A stretch of 64,000 nt of DNA from positions 156,367 through 220,366 of the forward strand of contig JAHXQP010000020.1 of assembly GCA_019391515.1 (NCBI GenBank). The letters are read 5' to 3'. A model generated the notes under the pieces. It was not told the DNA's origin. It ran no database searches and worked only from the letters and a program-made list of their open reading frames with translations. The stretch comes from Clostridiaceae bacterium. GTDB lineage: Bacteria; Bacillota; Clostridia; Tissierellales; Sporanaerobacteraceae. Numbering within the stretch: the first letter of the stretch is position 1; every line of letters begins with the position of its first letter. Shown here piece after piece: positions 27,602-36,754 of the stretch. Made by a program: the position numbers and the translations under genes.

Positions 27602-28723
27602 ATGTACATTAAAGGAAAAATAAAAAAAGATAAAAAGACTAAGAATTTAACTAAAAGATTAAGATCAGGAGACATAGCTATGATTTGTCACAAGGATTTA
27701 GATGAAATTGCAGCTACATCCTTAGTTGAAAAAAAAATCAGATGTGTTATTAACACAGAAAAAACTATAAGTGGTCGATATCCTAATAGAGGACCTACTA
27801 TATTGCTAGAGGCAGGTATACCTATATTTGAATCAATAGGCACAGACATATTTGATTTAATTACAGAAGGAAAAATAGTTGAAATAAAGGACGATAAATT
27901 GATATGTGATAATAAGACTATTGGAAATTGTCAATTATTAGACGATAAATCAATTGAAAATTTACTTGCAATAGGGTATGAAAATTTAGAAAAAGAATTG
28001 GATCTGTTTATTGAAAACACATTAGATTATGCAAAGAAAGAGAAGGGCCTTGTAACAGGAAAAGTTCCAATTCCAGATATTAAAACAAAAATGAATGGAA
28101 AACATGCATTAATAGTTGTAAGAGGCAAGGATTATAAAAGAGACTTACAAGCTATACAAGCATATATAAATGAAGTTCATCCAATTCTAATAGGTGTAGA
28201 TGGAGGTGGGGATGCATTATTAGAATTTGGCTATACACCAGATATAGTTATAGGCGATATGGATAGTATAAGTGATAGATGTTTAAAGATGAGTAAAGAA
28301 ATAATAGTCCATGCTTATACTAATGGAAAAGCTCCAGGTCTTGAAAGAGTAGAGGAACTTGGCCTAAAAGCTATTATATTCCCATCACCTGGAACAAGTG
28401 AAGATATTGCTTTACTTCTTGCTTATGCAAATAATGCAGATTTAATAGTAGCAGTGGGAACTCATAATAATATGATTGACTTTCTAGAGAAAGGTAGAAG
28501 TGGGATGGCTAGTACCTTTTTAGTAAGAATGAAAGTCGGCTCTAAATTAGTCGATGCAAAAGGAGTAAATAAATTATATAAAAGCCATTTCAAATTAAAA
28601 TACGTTATAGGCTTAAGTCTTGCTGCTTTAATACCTATATTAGTAATTACAATGATGTTTCCTCCTATGCAGGAGCTTATGCAACTTATAAAAATTAGAC
28701 TTAAAATAATGTTTGGAATATAA
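27602..28723 (+). CDS. steA: SteA-family protein (thiamine pyrophosphokinase-like domain, C-terminal TM)
   Basis: DK.TK.L..RL..GDIA.I.H.DLD, SGRYPN.GP, LIVVRG.DYK.DL, IGVDGG.DAL, GDMDS, GTSED.ALLLA, STFL.R.KVG.KLVDAKGV. Confidence 0.88.
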   Translation: MYIKGKIKKDKKTKNLTKRLRSGDIAMICHKDLDEIAATSLVEKKIRCVINTEKTISGRYPNRGPTILLEAGIPIFESIGTDIFDLITEGKIVEIKDDKLICDNKTIGNCQLLDDKSIENLLAIGYENLEKELDLFIENTLDYAKKEKGLVTGKVPIPDIKTKMNGKHALIVVRGKDYKRDLQAIQAYINEVHPILIGVDGGGDALLEFGYTPDIVIGDMDSISDRCLKMSKEIIVHAYTNGKAPGLERVEELGLKAIIFPSPGTSEDIALLLAYANNADLIVAVGTHNNMIDFLEKGRSGMASTFLVRMKVGSKLVDAKGVNKLYKSHFKLKYVIGLSLAALIPILVITMMFPPMQELMQLIKIRLKIMFGI

Positions 28724-28734
28724 GGAGTGATATT

Positions 28735-29622
28735 TTGATACCAAATATGAAATTTTATGTAATATCAATTGTATCAATATTTTTAGCTTTAGCTATCGGT
28801 ATTTATATAGGGTTTACTTTAGATTCCCAAAATTTTTTAGTAGAACAAAAAGAAGATATAGCATCAAAATTAGAGGAAAAATTTGATTATTTACGTAATG
28901 AAAATGAAAATTTAAAAAAAGAAATAGAGAAAATGGAAATTAAAAATTCTCAGTATGAAAAATTTAATGAAACTGTATATCCTGAAATAATCAAGAATAG
29001 ATTATCGGGTACAAAAGTGGCAATAATTGAAACTAACGATGAATATATTTATTCAGGAATAGGTAAAACTTTAGAAATGTCAGGAGCTACTGTTGTCAAT
29101 ATTACAACTATAAAAGATAAATTTTTAAATGAAGATATTTTAAAACAAGCCTATTTAAAAAGTGGTGTAAATGAAGATGAATTAAAAGAAAATGTAATTG
29201 GAAGAGCTATATCTGATCTATCTACAGCTATTATTTCAGATGGAAATGAAGAAGTTATCAAATATTTTAAAGAATATGGATTATTAAATATAATAGGAAA
29301 TATAGATGAGTCGGTTGATTATGTAATTATAGCAGGTGGTAGTGACAGTAAAGATATAGACAGAATAAATATGATAGATAAAACTATTATAGATTCAGTA
29401 AAAAAAATGGAGTTGCCTATAATAGGTGTTGAGAAAGCTACAGTAAAGAATTCTTATATGAAAGAATATAAAGATTATAGAATATCTACTGTAGACAATG
29501 TAGATTCTATAATGGGAAAGGTTGCTTTAATTATGTCTATGGAGGGAAGACCAGGCAATTATGGTGTGAAATCTAGTGCTGAATCTTTACTTCCAGATCC
29601 TAGTTATGCTATTTCAGAATAG
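28735..29622 (+). CDS. steB: SteB/MctB-family protein (DUF3186, often annotated copper transporter)
   Basis: K.YVISIVSIFLALAIGI.IG TM, coiled coil, STVDNVD...G..AL, G.YG. Confidence 0.82.
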   Translation: MIPNMKFYVISIVSIFLALAIGIYIGFTLDSQNFLVEQKEDIASKLEEKFDYLRNENENLKKEIEKMEIKNSQYEKFNETVYPEIIKNRLSGTKVAIIETNDEYIYSGIGKTLEMSGATVVNITTIKDKFLNEDILKQAYLKSGVNEDELKENVIGRAISDLSTAIISDGNEEVIKYFKEYGLLNIIGNIDESVDYVIIAGGSDSKDIDRINMIDKTIIDSVKKMELPIIGVEKATVKNSYMKEYKDYRISTVDNVDSIMGKVALIMSMEGRPGNYGVKSSAESLLPDPSYAISE

Positions 29623-29631
29623 GAGGATTTT

Positions 29632-30309
29632 ATGAAAAAGGGAAAAATAGTTGCAATAATTCCAGCTTATAATGAAGAAGATAGGATAAAAGAAACAATA
29701 GAAGATTTAAAAAAAGTTGACTTAATAGATAATATTGTTGTAATAGATGATGGTTCCACAGATGCTACATCAAGTATTGTAGAAAATATGGGAATAGATT
29801 TAATTAAATTAAATAAAAATAGAGGTAAAGGATTTGCAATAAAAGAAGCTGTAAAAAAAGTAGATTATGATTATTTAGTTTTAGCTGATGGGGATTTGGG
29901 AAAAACTAGTAATGAAATCGAAAAGCTTATTCATCCAGTTTTAAATAATGAAGCGGATGTTGCTATAGCTAAATTTCCTAGGCCTTTAAAAAAAGGTGGG
30001 TTTGGATTTGTTAAGAGATTAGCAAAAAGAGGTGTATATATTCATACGGGTAAAAAAATAGATACTACATTATCAGGACAAAGGGTGTATAAGAAGGAAG
30101 TTATTCAAAAAATTAATTATATACCTGATAGATTTGGAGTAGAAATAGCAATGACAGTAGCTACCTTAAGAAAAGGCTATTCTATTAAAGAAGTAGATGT
30201 AAACATGAGACATAGAGAAACAGGAAGGGATTTTAAAGATTTTATACACAGAGGAAAACAATTTTTTGACATTTTAAAGACTATAATAATACTGTTTTTT
30301 AGAAGGTGA
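29632..30309 (+). CDS. Glycosyltransferase family 2
   Basis: IIPAYNEE, DDGSTD, N.GKG.A, DGD, DTTLSGQR, FGVE. Confidence 0.9.
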   Translation: MKKGKIVAIIPAYNEEDRIKETIEDLKKVDLIDNIVVIDDGSTDATSSIVENMGIDLIKLNKNRGKGFAIKEAVKKVDYDYLVLADGDLGKTSNEIEKLIHPVLNNEADVAIAKFPRPLKKGGFGFVKRLAKRGVYIHTGKKIDTTLSGQRVYKKEVIQKINYIPDRFGVEIAMTVATLRKGYSIKEVDVNMRHRETGRDFKDFIHRGKQFFDILKTIIILFFRR

Positions 30310-30313
30310 GTTT

Positions 30314-31135
30314 ATGAATATATTTAAAATCAATATAATTGGATTATTAATTAGTACTATAATTGCCTTTATAGGTACTCCTTTTATTTTCAATATGTTG
30401 AAAGATGGTAACTGCCTATGTTTGAATTATAAAAAAGAAAGTATTCCTTCTAGTATGGGTTTATTGTTCGTTATTGTGCAAACTATTACAGTTATTTTAA
30501 TAGGGCTTTATGTGAAAAATAATCTTACTATAATAATGCTGTATCTAGTAGGGTTTATATTAATTGGACTTGTAGGATTGTTAGATGATTTAATAGGCGA
30601 TGAAAAGGTAAAAGGTTTTAAAGGACATATTATGTCCTTTTTTAAAGGTACTTTAACAACTGGTGGACTTAAAGCAGGTATTGGATTTCTTATAGCATTG
30701 CTAATGTCTATATATATATCGGATGGTGCAGCAGAGGTAGTAGTTAATGCTTTGGTAATTGCATTATTCACCAACTTGATAAATCTTTTTGATTTGAGGC
30801 CAGGGAGGGCTTCAAAAGTTTTTATTATAATGTCTATTATTCTAATGTTAACATCTATAAACAATTATTTTTCTTTTATACTATTTTCTTTTTTTGGTAT
30901 ACTAATTAGATATTTACCTATGGATTTAAAAGCTAAATGTATGATGGGAGATGTAGGTTCTAATACACTAGGTTTTACCTTAGGTGTTTATTGTGCATAT
31001 ACTCATAGTTTAAATAGTAAAATAATTTATTTGGCAATTTTAATAATGATTCAAATGCTTTCAGAAGCTATTTCTTTTTCTAAGGTCATAGAACAAAATA
31101 AGTTTTTAAGATTTATAGATAATTTGGGTAGATAA
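30314..31135 (+). CDS. Divergent MraY/WecA-family polyprenyl-phosphate phosphoglycosyl transferase
   Basis: Polytopic; GLLDD, NL.NL.DLRPGRA, MMGD.GSN.LG. Confidence 0.78.
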   Translation: MNIFKINIIGLLISTIIAFIGTPFIFNMLKDGNCLCLNYKKESIPSSMGLLFVIVQTITVILIGLYVKNNLTIIMLYLVGFILIGLVGLLDDLIGDEKVKGFKGHIMSFFKGTLTTGGLKAGIGFLIALLMSIYISDGAAEVVVNALVIALFTNLINLFDLRPGRASKVFIIMSIILMLTSINNYFSFILFSFFGILIRYLPMDLKAKCMMGDVGSNTLGFTLGVYCAYTHSLNSKIIYLAILIMIQMLSEAISFSKVIEQNKFLRFIDNLGR

Positions 31136-31149
31136 GGGAGGTCTTGAAA

Positions 31150-32238
31150 CTGATAAGTTATAAAATAGGAATTGTAACTAATATTTTAAAGAGAGATGAA
31201 AGTACTACATGGCTTGAAGTAGAAATGAAAAACAATATATCAAGAGCTATAAATTATAATGATATAACTGGAAAAATTCATATAGGTGATAAAGTTGTTC
31301 TTAACACTACAGCTGTAGAACTATCTTTAGGAACAGGAGGATATCATTATGTTATATATAATTATAGCAATCCTTCTAAGGATATAGAGGGAAAAGGACA
31401 TATAATGAAATTGAGATATACACCTCTTCAGTTTAAGTGTTTAGCTATTGAAGAAGAAGATAGTCCTTATCACCATGTATTTAATAACTTTACTGATTTA
31501 GAAGGCAATGTTTTTATAGTTGGAACATTGCATAGTATGTTAGCACCTATTTCAAGTATGTTGAAATGGCTTAATCCTTCTTTGAAAATTAATTATATAA
31601 TGACAGATGCAGGAGCATTACCTATCCAATTTAGTAATACTGTTAAAAAATTAAAGGAAAAAGAAATTATAGATAATACTATAACTGTAGGTAATGCCTT
31701 TGGTGGAGATATTGAATGTGTTAATATATATTCGGGATTAATAGCTGCGAAAGAAGCGCTTAAAAGTGATGTAACTATTATAACTATGGGACCAGGTATA
31801 GTGGGTACAGGTACTAAATATGGATTTAGCGGAATAGAACAAGGCTATATTATTGATGGCATAAATAATCTTGGTGGAACAGCCTTTATAGTTCCAAGGA
31901 TTAGTTTTAAAGATAAAAGGGAAAGACATATGGGAATAAGTCATCACAGTTTAACAGCATTAAGTCAAATTTGTAATACAGGTGGAAAACTGGTGATCCC
32001 ACATTTAGAAGACAGCAAAAATAAAATAATTGAAAATCAACTACTAAGTAATAAAATAGCAAAAAAATATGAAATAAACTATGAATATGGAGAAGACATA
32101 AATAAAGCGTTAAGTTACTTTAATTTAAATGTAACAACTATGGGAAGAGGTATTGAAGAAGATAGAGAGTACTTTATGACTCTAGGTGCTGTAGGAAAAA
32201 CTGTTTATAAGTACCTTGAAGATAAGGAGGAAATTTAG
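31150..32238 (+). CDS. DUF3866-family protein
   Basis: V.LNTTAV.L.LGTGG, GHIMKLRYTP.Q, LHSML, YIMTDAGALP, AFGGD.E.VN, GPG.VGTGT..GFSG; start CTG 31150 or TTG 31144. Confidence 0.8.
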   Translation: MISYKIGIVTNILKRDESTTWLEVEMKNNISRAINYNDITGKIHIGDKVVLNTTAVELSLGTGGYHYVIYNYSNPSKDIEGKGHIMKLRYTPLQFKCLAIEEEDSPYHHVFNNFTDLEGNVFIVGTLHSMLAPISSMLKWLNPSLKINYIMTDAGALPIQFSNTVKKLKEKEIIDNTITVGNAFGGDIECVNIYSGLIAAKEALKSDVTIITMGPGIVGTGTKYGFSGIEQGYIIDGINNLGGTAFIVPRISFKDKRERHMGISHHSLTALSQICNTGGKLVIPHLEDSKNKIIENQLLSNKIAKKYEINYEYGEDINKALSYFNLNVTTMGRGIEEDREYFMTLGAVGKTVYKYLEDKEEI

Positions 32239-32239
32239 T

Positions 32240-32788
32240 ATGAGTTTTGAAGAAAAAACTATGAAAACAGAAAAGATTTATGAAGGGAAGATGCTTAATT
32301 TAAGAATAGATACAGTTGAATTGCCAGATAAAAAGTATTCAAAACGTGAAATAGTAGAGCATCCTGGTGCAGTAGCTATAGTACCTATAACAGAAGAAGG
32401 AGAAATAATACTTGTAAAGCAATATAGAAAAGCTGTAGAAAAAGAACTATTGGAAATACCTGCTGGAAAACTAGAAATAGGAGAAGAGCCTAGGGAAACT
32501 GCCATAAGAGAATTAAAGGAAGAAACTGGGTTTTCATCTGCTAAAATAGAATACATAACTGAATTTTACACATCGGCAGGATTTACAAATGAAAAAATGT
32601 ATTTGTTTTTGGCTACCGAATTAACAGAAGGTGCTGCTGAACCAGAAAAGGATGAGTATATTGAGGTTATCAAACTAGATTTAGAGACGTTAATAGATAA
32701 GGTATCGAAAGGTGAAATATTAGATAGTAAGACAATAATAGGTGCTTTAATAGCTAAGAATCATTTTGAAAACAAAGAAAATAATTAA
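32240..32788 (+). CDS. nudF: ADP-ribose pyrophosphatase (NUDIX)
   Basis: REIVEHPGAVA, QYR, EIPAG and Nudix box G.LE.GEEP...AIREL.EETG. Confidence 0.9.
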   Translation: MSFEEKTMKTEKIYEGKMLNLRIDTVELPDKKYSKREIVEHPGAVAIVPITEEGEIILVKQYRKAVEKELLEIPAGKLEIGEEPRETAIRELKEETGFSSAKIEYITEFYTSAGFTNEKMYLFLATELTEGAAEPEKDEYIEVIKLDLETLIDKVSKGEILDSKTIIGALIAKNHFENKENN

Positions 32789-32790
32789 TG

Positions 32791-32819
32791 TGATAATATC
32801 CTCCTTTCTAGCATAATAT
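32791..32819 (+). promoter_or_regulatory. sigmaE-type promoter of spoIIM
   Basis: TGATAAT-N14-CATAATAT. Confidence 0.5.
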
Positions 32820-32862
32820 TTTATATGAGGTTTGTATGTATAGATGAAAGGAGGATATATAT

Positions 32863-33498
32863 TTGCAACATAAATTAAAGAATTGGCTATATAGACATTT
32901 CAAGGATAATTTTTTAGTTTATTTTACTATAATAATCTTTTTAATCATTGGTATAATAATAGGAGCAGTATCTATAAAGGTTTTAGATAGTGATCAAAAA
33001 GGACAAGTAATAAGTTTTTTTAACTCTTTTTTCAAATTAATTAGTAATGACGAAGTAGATAGTTTTTTATTGCTAAAAGAATCTATTATGAATAATCTTA
33101 AAACAATATTTTTAATATGGATAACAGGCATTATTATAATTGGCATTCCTATAATACCAATTATAATTTTATTGAGAGGATTTGCAATAGGATTTACAGT
33201 AGGTTTTTTGGTTAGCGAATTTGGAATAAAGGGCTTATTATTTGCATTATTTTCTATACTTCCACAAAATTTATTTGTAATTCCAGGAATTATATCTATA
33301 TCTTCAATAGGAATGGTTAATTCATTGAATAGTGTAAGAAAGAAAAGACTTCAAACAACCTATAACCATAAGTTGACCAATTTTATAAATTATTCTGTAA
33401 TAGTATTTGTATTTTCTATTATTATAATAATTGGTAGTTTAGTAGAGGCCTACATAACTCCTATTTTTATGAGACTTATAACAGATTATATTTATTAA
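32863..33498 (+). CDS. spoIIM: Stage II sporulation protein M
   Basis: Polytopic; RGF..GFTVGFL, PQNL..IP, VEAYI.P. Confidence 0.93.
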   Translation: MQHKLKNWLYRHFKDNFLVYFTIIIFLIIGIIIGAVSIKVLDSDQKGQVISFFNSFFKLISNDEVDSFLLLKESIMNNLKTIFLIWITGIIIIGIPIIPIIILLRGFAIGFTVGFLVSEFGIKGLLFALFSILPQNLFVIPGIISISSIGMVNSLNSVRKKRLQTTYNHKLTNFINYSVIVFVFSIIIIIGSLVEAYITPIFMRLITDYIY

Positions 33499-33520
33499 AC
33501 CAAATATAATAATTATTTAA

Positions 33521-33545
33521 AGGGTTTTAAGGGATTATGTTGAAT
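33521..33545 (+). promoter_or_regulatory. sigmaH-type promoter for xerD-punA-pdp
   Basis: AGGGTTT-N11-GTTGAAT, same geometry as the spo0A sigmaH promoter. Confidence 0.55.
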
Positions 33546-33591
33546 TTATAGATTATAGCTATTTTTTTACAGTTATAAAGGAGAAATTTAT

Positions 33592-34479
33592 ATGGATGTT
33601 TTTATTAATCAATTTTTAGATTATATTAAAAATGAAAAAGAACTATCTAAAAACACACAGGAATCTTATTTACGGGATATTAACCAATTTAATAATTATT
33701 TAAGTAAATATAGTTCCGTAGACTTAATAAATGTAAATAAAACGATTGTAATAACGTATTTAGTTTATTTACAGAAGAATGGGAGATCTACTTCTACTAT
33801 TTCGCGAAATTTAGCTTCATTAAGGTCTCTTTATCAATATTTATTAAATAATGGTATAACTAATATAGATCCAACAAATAATCTTCATTCACCAAAACAA
33901 GAAAAAAAAGCACCTAATATACTAACTCTAAAAGAAGTTGATAAGTTACTATCAATACCTAAACCTAACAATTTTAAAGGAGCTCGAGATAAAGCAATGT
34001 TAGAGCTTTTATATGCAACGGGACTTAGGGTATCAGAAATAATATTATTAGATATAGATGATATCAAATTTAAGTTTAGCAATATCATACTAGAAGAAAA
34101 CTCAGATATAAGAGTAATACCATTAGGGAGAACGGCTTTGAATTATTTAAAGATATATATTAATAAATACAGGAATGAAGTACTAAAAGACACTGAAGAG
34201 AAAGCTCTTTTTATAAACTATCAAGGAAAAAGATTGACAAGACAAGGGCTTTGGAAAATAATAAGGTATTATACTAATAAAACAAATATTAATAAAAAAA
34301 TAACACCTAATACTTTAAGGGATTCTTTTGCAGTGCATCTTTTGCAGAATGGAGCAGATTTAAAATCTGTTCAAAAAATTTTAGGACATTCCGATATATC
34401 TACAACTCAGAAATACTTTTTTGCAGTAAATAATAAAAAACTAGAGGAAGTGTATAATAATACACACCCAAGAGCTTAG
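33592..34479 (+). CDS. xerD: XerD-like tyrosine recombinase with atypical active-site residues
   Basis: RD.AMLELLYATGLRVSE, LGH.DISTTQ.Y; HxxRH box reads NTLRD. Confidence 0.85.
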   Translation: MDVFINQFLDYIKNEKELSKNTQESYLRDINQFNNYLSKYSSVDLINVNKTIVITYLVYLQKNGRSTSTISRNLASLRSLYQYLLNNGITNIDPTNNLHSPKQEKKAPNILTLKEVDKLLSIPKPNNFKGARDKAMLELLYATGLRVSEIILLDIDDIKFKFSNIILEENSDIRVIPLGRTALNYLKIYINKYRNEVLKDTEEKALFINYQGKRLTRQGLWKIIRYYTNKTNINKKITPNTLRDSFAVHLLQNGADLKSVQKILGHSDISTTQKYFFAVNNKKLEEVYNNTHPRA

Positions 34480-34488
34480 GGGGTTAAT

Positions 34489-35307
34489 ATGAATCTATTA
34501 GAAAAAATAAATGAAAGTGCAGACTATATACTATCTAAAGTTGAATTTAAACCAAGTATAGGAATAATACTCGGTTCTGGATTGGGAGATTTAGCTGAAA
34601 AAATAGAGAATTCTGAAGTAATTAAATATGATAATATACCTAATTTCCCTATATCGACTGTAGAAGGTCATAAAGGTAGATTAATATTAGGGGAATTGGA
34701 AAATAAAAAAGTTATTGCTATGCAAGGAAGATTTCATTTCTATGAAGGATATACACTAGAAGATGTTACTTTTCCAATTAGAGTTATGAAGGCTATGGGA
34801 ATAGAAATTATTATAGTTACTAATGCTGCAGGAGGAGTAAATAAAGATTATAAAGCAGGAGATTTAATGCTTATTACAGATCATATTAATTTTACAGGTA
34901 GAAATCCTTTAATGGGGAAAAACATAGATGATTTAGGTCCTAGATTTTTAGATATGACATCTTCTTATGATAAACTCCTAATGGAGATTGCTAAAAACTC
35001 AGCTACATCTATAGATGTAGATTTAAAAGAAGGAGTTTATATGTGGTTTACAGGACCAACATATGAAACACCTTCAGAAGTTAGATTAGCAAGAACTTTA
35101 GGCGCAGATGCAGTTGGCATGTCAACGGTTCCTGAAGTAATTGTTGCAAGACATGGTGGAATGAAAGTTTTAGGGATTTCTTGTATAACAAATATGGCGG
35201 CAGGTATATTAGATAAACCTTTAAATCATGAAGAAGTTGTTGAAACATCTGAAAAAGTTAAAGGAACTTTTGAAAAATTAATAAGGAAAATAATTAAAAA
35301 CATTTAG
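34489..35307 (+). CDS. punA: Purine nucleoside phosphorylase (PNP-I type)
   Basis: ILGSGLG, VEGHKG, QGRFH.YEG, TNAAGG, GP.YET, VGMSTVPE, TNMA. Confidence 0.95.
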   Translation: MNLLEKINESADYILSKVEFKPSIGIILGSGLGDLAEKIENSEVIKYDNIPNFPISTVEGHKGRLILGELENKKVIAMQGRFHFYEGYTLEDVTFPIRVMKAMGIEIIIVTNAAGGVNKDYKAGDLMLITDHINFTGRNPLMGKNIDDLGPRFLDMTSSYDKLLMEIAKNSATSIDVDLKEGVYMWFTGPTYETPSEVRLARTLGADAVGMSTVPEVIVARHGGMKVLGISCITNMAAGILDKPLNHEEVVETSEKVKGTFEKLIRKIIKNI

Positions 35308-35326
35308 TATAGATTGAGGTGATAGT

Positions 35327-36658
35327 ATGCCTATTAGAATGTATGACATAATTAAGAAGAAAAGAGATGGAAAGGAACTAACAAGAGAAGAAATTAATTT
35401 TTTTGTTGAGGGTTATATTGATAATAGAATACCGGATTATCAAGTATCCTCTCTTTTAATGGCTATATATTTTAATAAAATGAATAAGAGAGAAACTTTA
35501 GACTTAACTAAGGCTATGATAAATTCAGGAGAAACTGTTGATTTATCTCAAATCAATGGTATAAAAGTAGACAAACATAGTACAGGTGGAGTAGGCGATA
35601 AAACTACTATAGCATTAGGCCCTATGGTAGCAGCGTGTGGGGTTCCATTTGTTAAAATGTCAGGGAGAGGATTAGGCCACACTGGGGGTACTTTGGACAA
35701 GTTAGAATCAATAAAAGATTTTAAAGTGGAGTTAAGTAAAGAAGATTTTTTTAATATTTCTAATGAAATTAATATTGCTCTCTGTAGTCAAACAGCAAAT
35801 ATTACTCCAGCAGATAAAAAGCTTTATTCTTTAAGGGACGTAACTGCTACGGTAGAAAATATTTCATTAATAGCTAGTAGCATAATGAGTAAGAAATTAG
35901 CTATAGGATCAGATGCGATTATACTAGATGTAAAAGTTGGTAGTGGCGCTTTTATGAAGAATTTAGACAATGCTATTTTATTAGCAGAAGAAATGGTGGA
36001 GATAGGAACAGGCTTTGGAAGAGAAACTATAGCTTTAATTACCAACATGGATGAACCTTTAGGATATGCAATAGGAAATAGTTTAGAGATAAAAGAAGCA
36101 GTTGAAACTTTAAAAGGGAAAGGGCCAAAAGATTTTTATGAATTATGTTTATCTTTAGGGTCAAAGTTATTAGTTTTAGCTAAAAAATGTTCTAATGAGA
36201 AAGAAGCTAGAGAAATGTTAATACAAGCTGTTGAAACAGGAAGTGCTTATGAAAAATTATTAGAACTAGTGAAATATCAACATGGAGATATTAGATATAT
36301 TGAAAATACAGAACTACTTCCTAAGGCAAAGTATATATTAGAGGTTAAAAGTGATAAAGAAGGATATATAAAAAGCATGAATGCTGAAGAAATTGGAAAA
36401 TGTGCATTAATTTTAGGGGCAGGAAGAGAAATAAAAGAATCTGAAATAGATCTATCAGCAGGAATTGTATTGAATAAAAAAGTTGATGAAAGAGTTAGTA
36501 ACGGTGATGTACTTGCATATATACATGGAAATGATAAAGAAAAGGTAGAAGAAGTAAAAGAAATGTTAAAAGATATTATAAAGATTGGTAAGAAGAATGA
36601 AACGTCAAAAAAGTTAATTTATGGAGAAATAACAAAGATAAAAACGAAGATTTATTAA
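35327..36658 (+). CDS. pdp: Pyrimidine-nucleoside phosphorylase
   Basis: DKHSTGGVGDK, KMSGRGLGHTGGTLDKLE, LRDVTATV, SIMSKK. Confidence 0.97.
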   Translation: MPIRMYDIIKKKRDGKELTREEINFFVEGYIDNRIPDYQVSSLLMAIYFNKMNKRETLDLTKAMINSGETVDLSQINGIKVDKHSTGGVGDKTTIALGPMVAACGVPFVKMSGRGLGHTGGTLDKLESIKDFKVELSKEDFFNISNEINIALCSQTANITPADKKLYSLRDVTATVENISLIASSIMSKKLAIGSDAIILDVKVGSGAFMKNLDNAILLAEEMVEIGTGFGRETIALITNMDEPLGYAIGNSLEIKEAVETLKGKGPKDFYELCLSLGSKLLVLAKKCSNEKEAREMLIQAVETGSAYEKLLELVKYQHGDIRYIENTELLPKAKYILEVKSDKEGYIKSMNAEEIGKCALILGAGREIKESEIDLSAGIVLNKKVDERVSNGDVLAYIHGNDKEKVEEVKEMLKDIIKIGKKNETSKKLIYGEITKIKTKIY

Positions 36659-36678
36659 AAGCTTCGTTTTTTATTTTT
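36640..36678 (+). terminator. Terminator after pdp
   Basis: AAAAACGAAG...CTTCGTTTTT then TATTTTT. Confidence 0.65.
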
Positions 36679-36693
36679 GTAAAAAATTAATTT

Positions 36694-36723
36694 GAATAAC
36701 TTAATATTTAATAGGTTAATATA
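36694..36723 (+). promoter_or_regulatory. sigmaF-type promoter of dacF
   Basis: GAATA-N15-GGTTAATATA. Confidence 0.65.
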
Positions 36724-36754
36724 AGTATAAATATTTAAGATTGGAGGTAATAAT

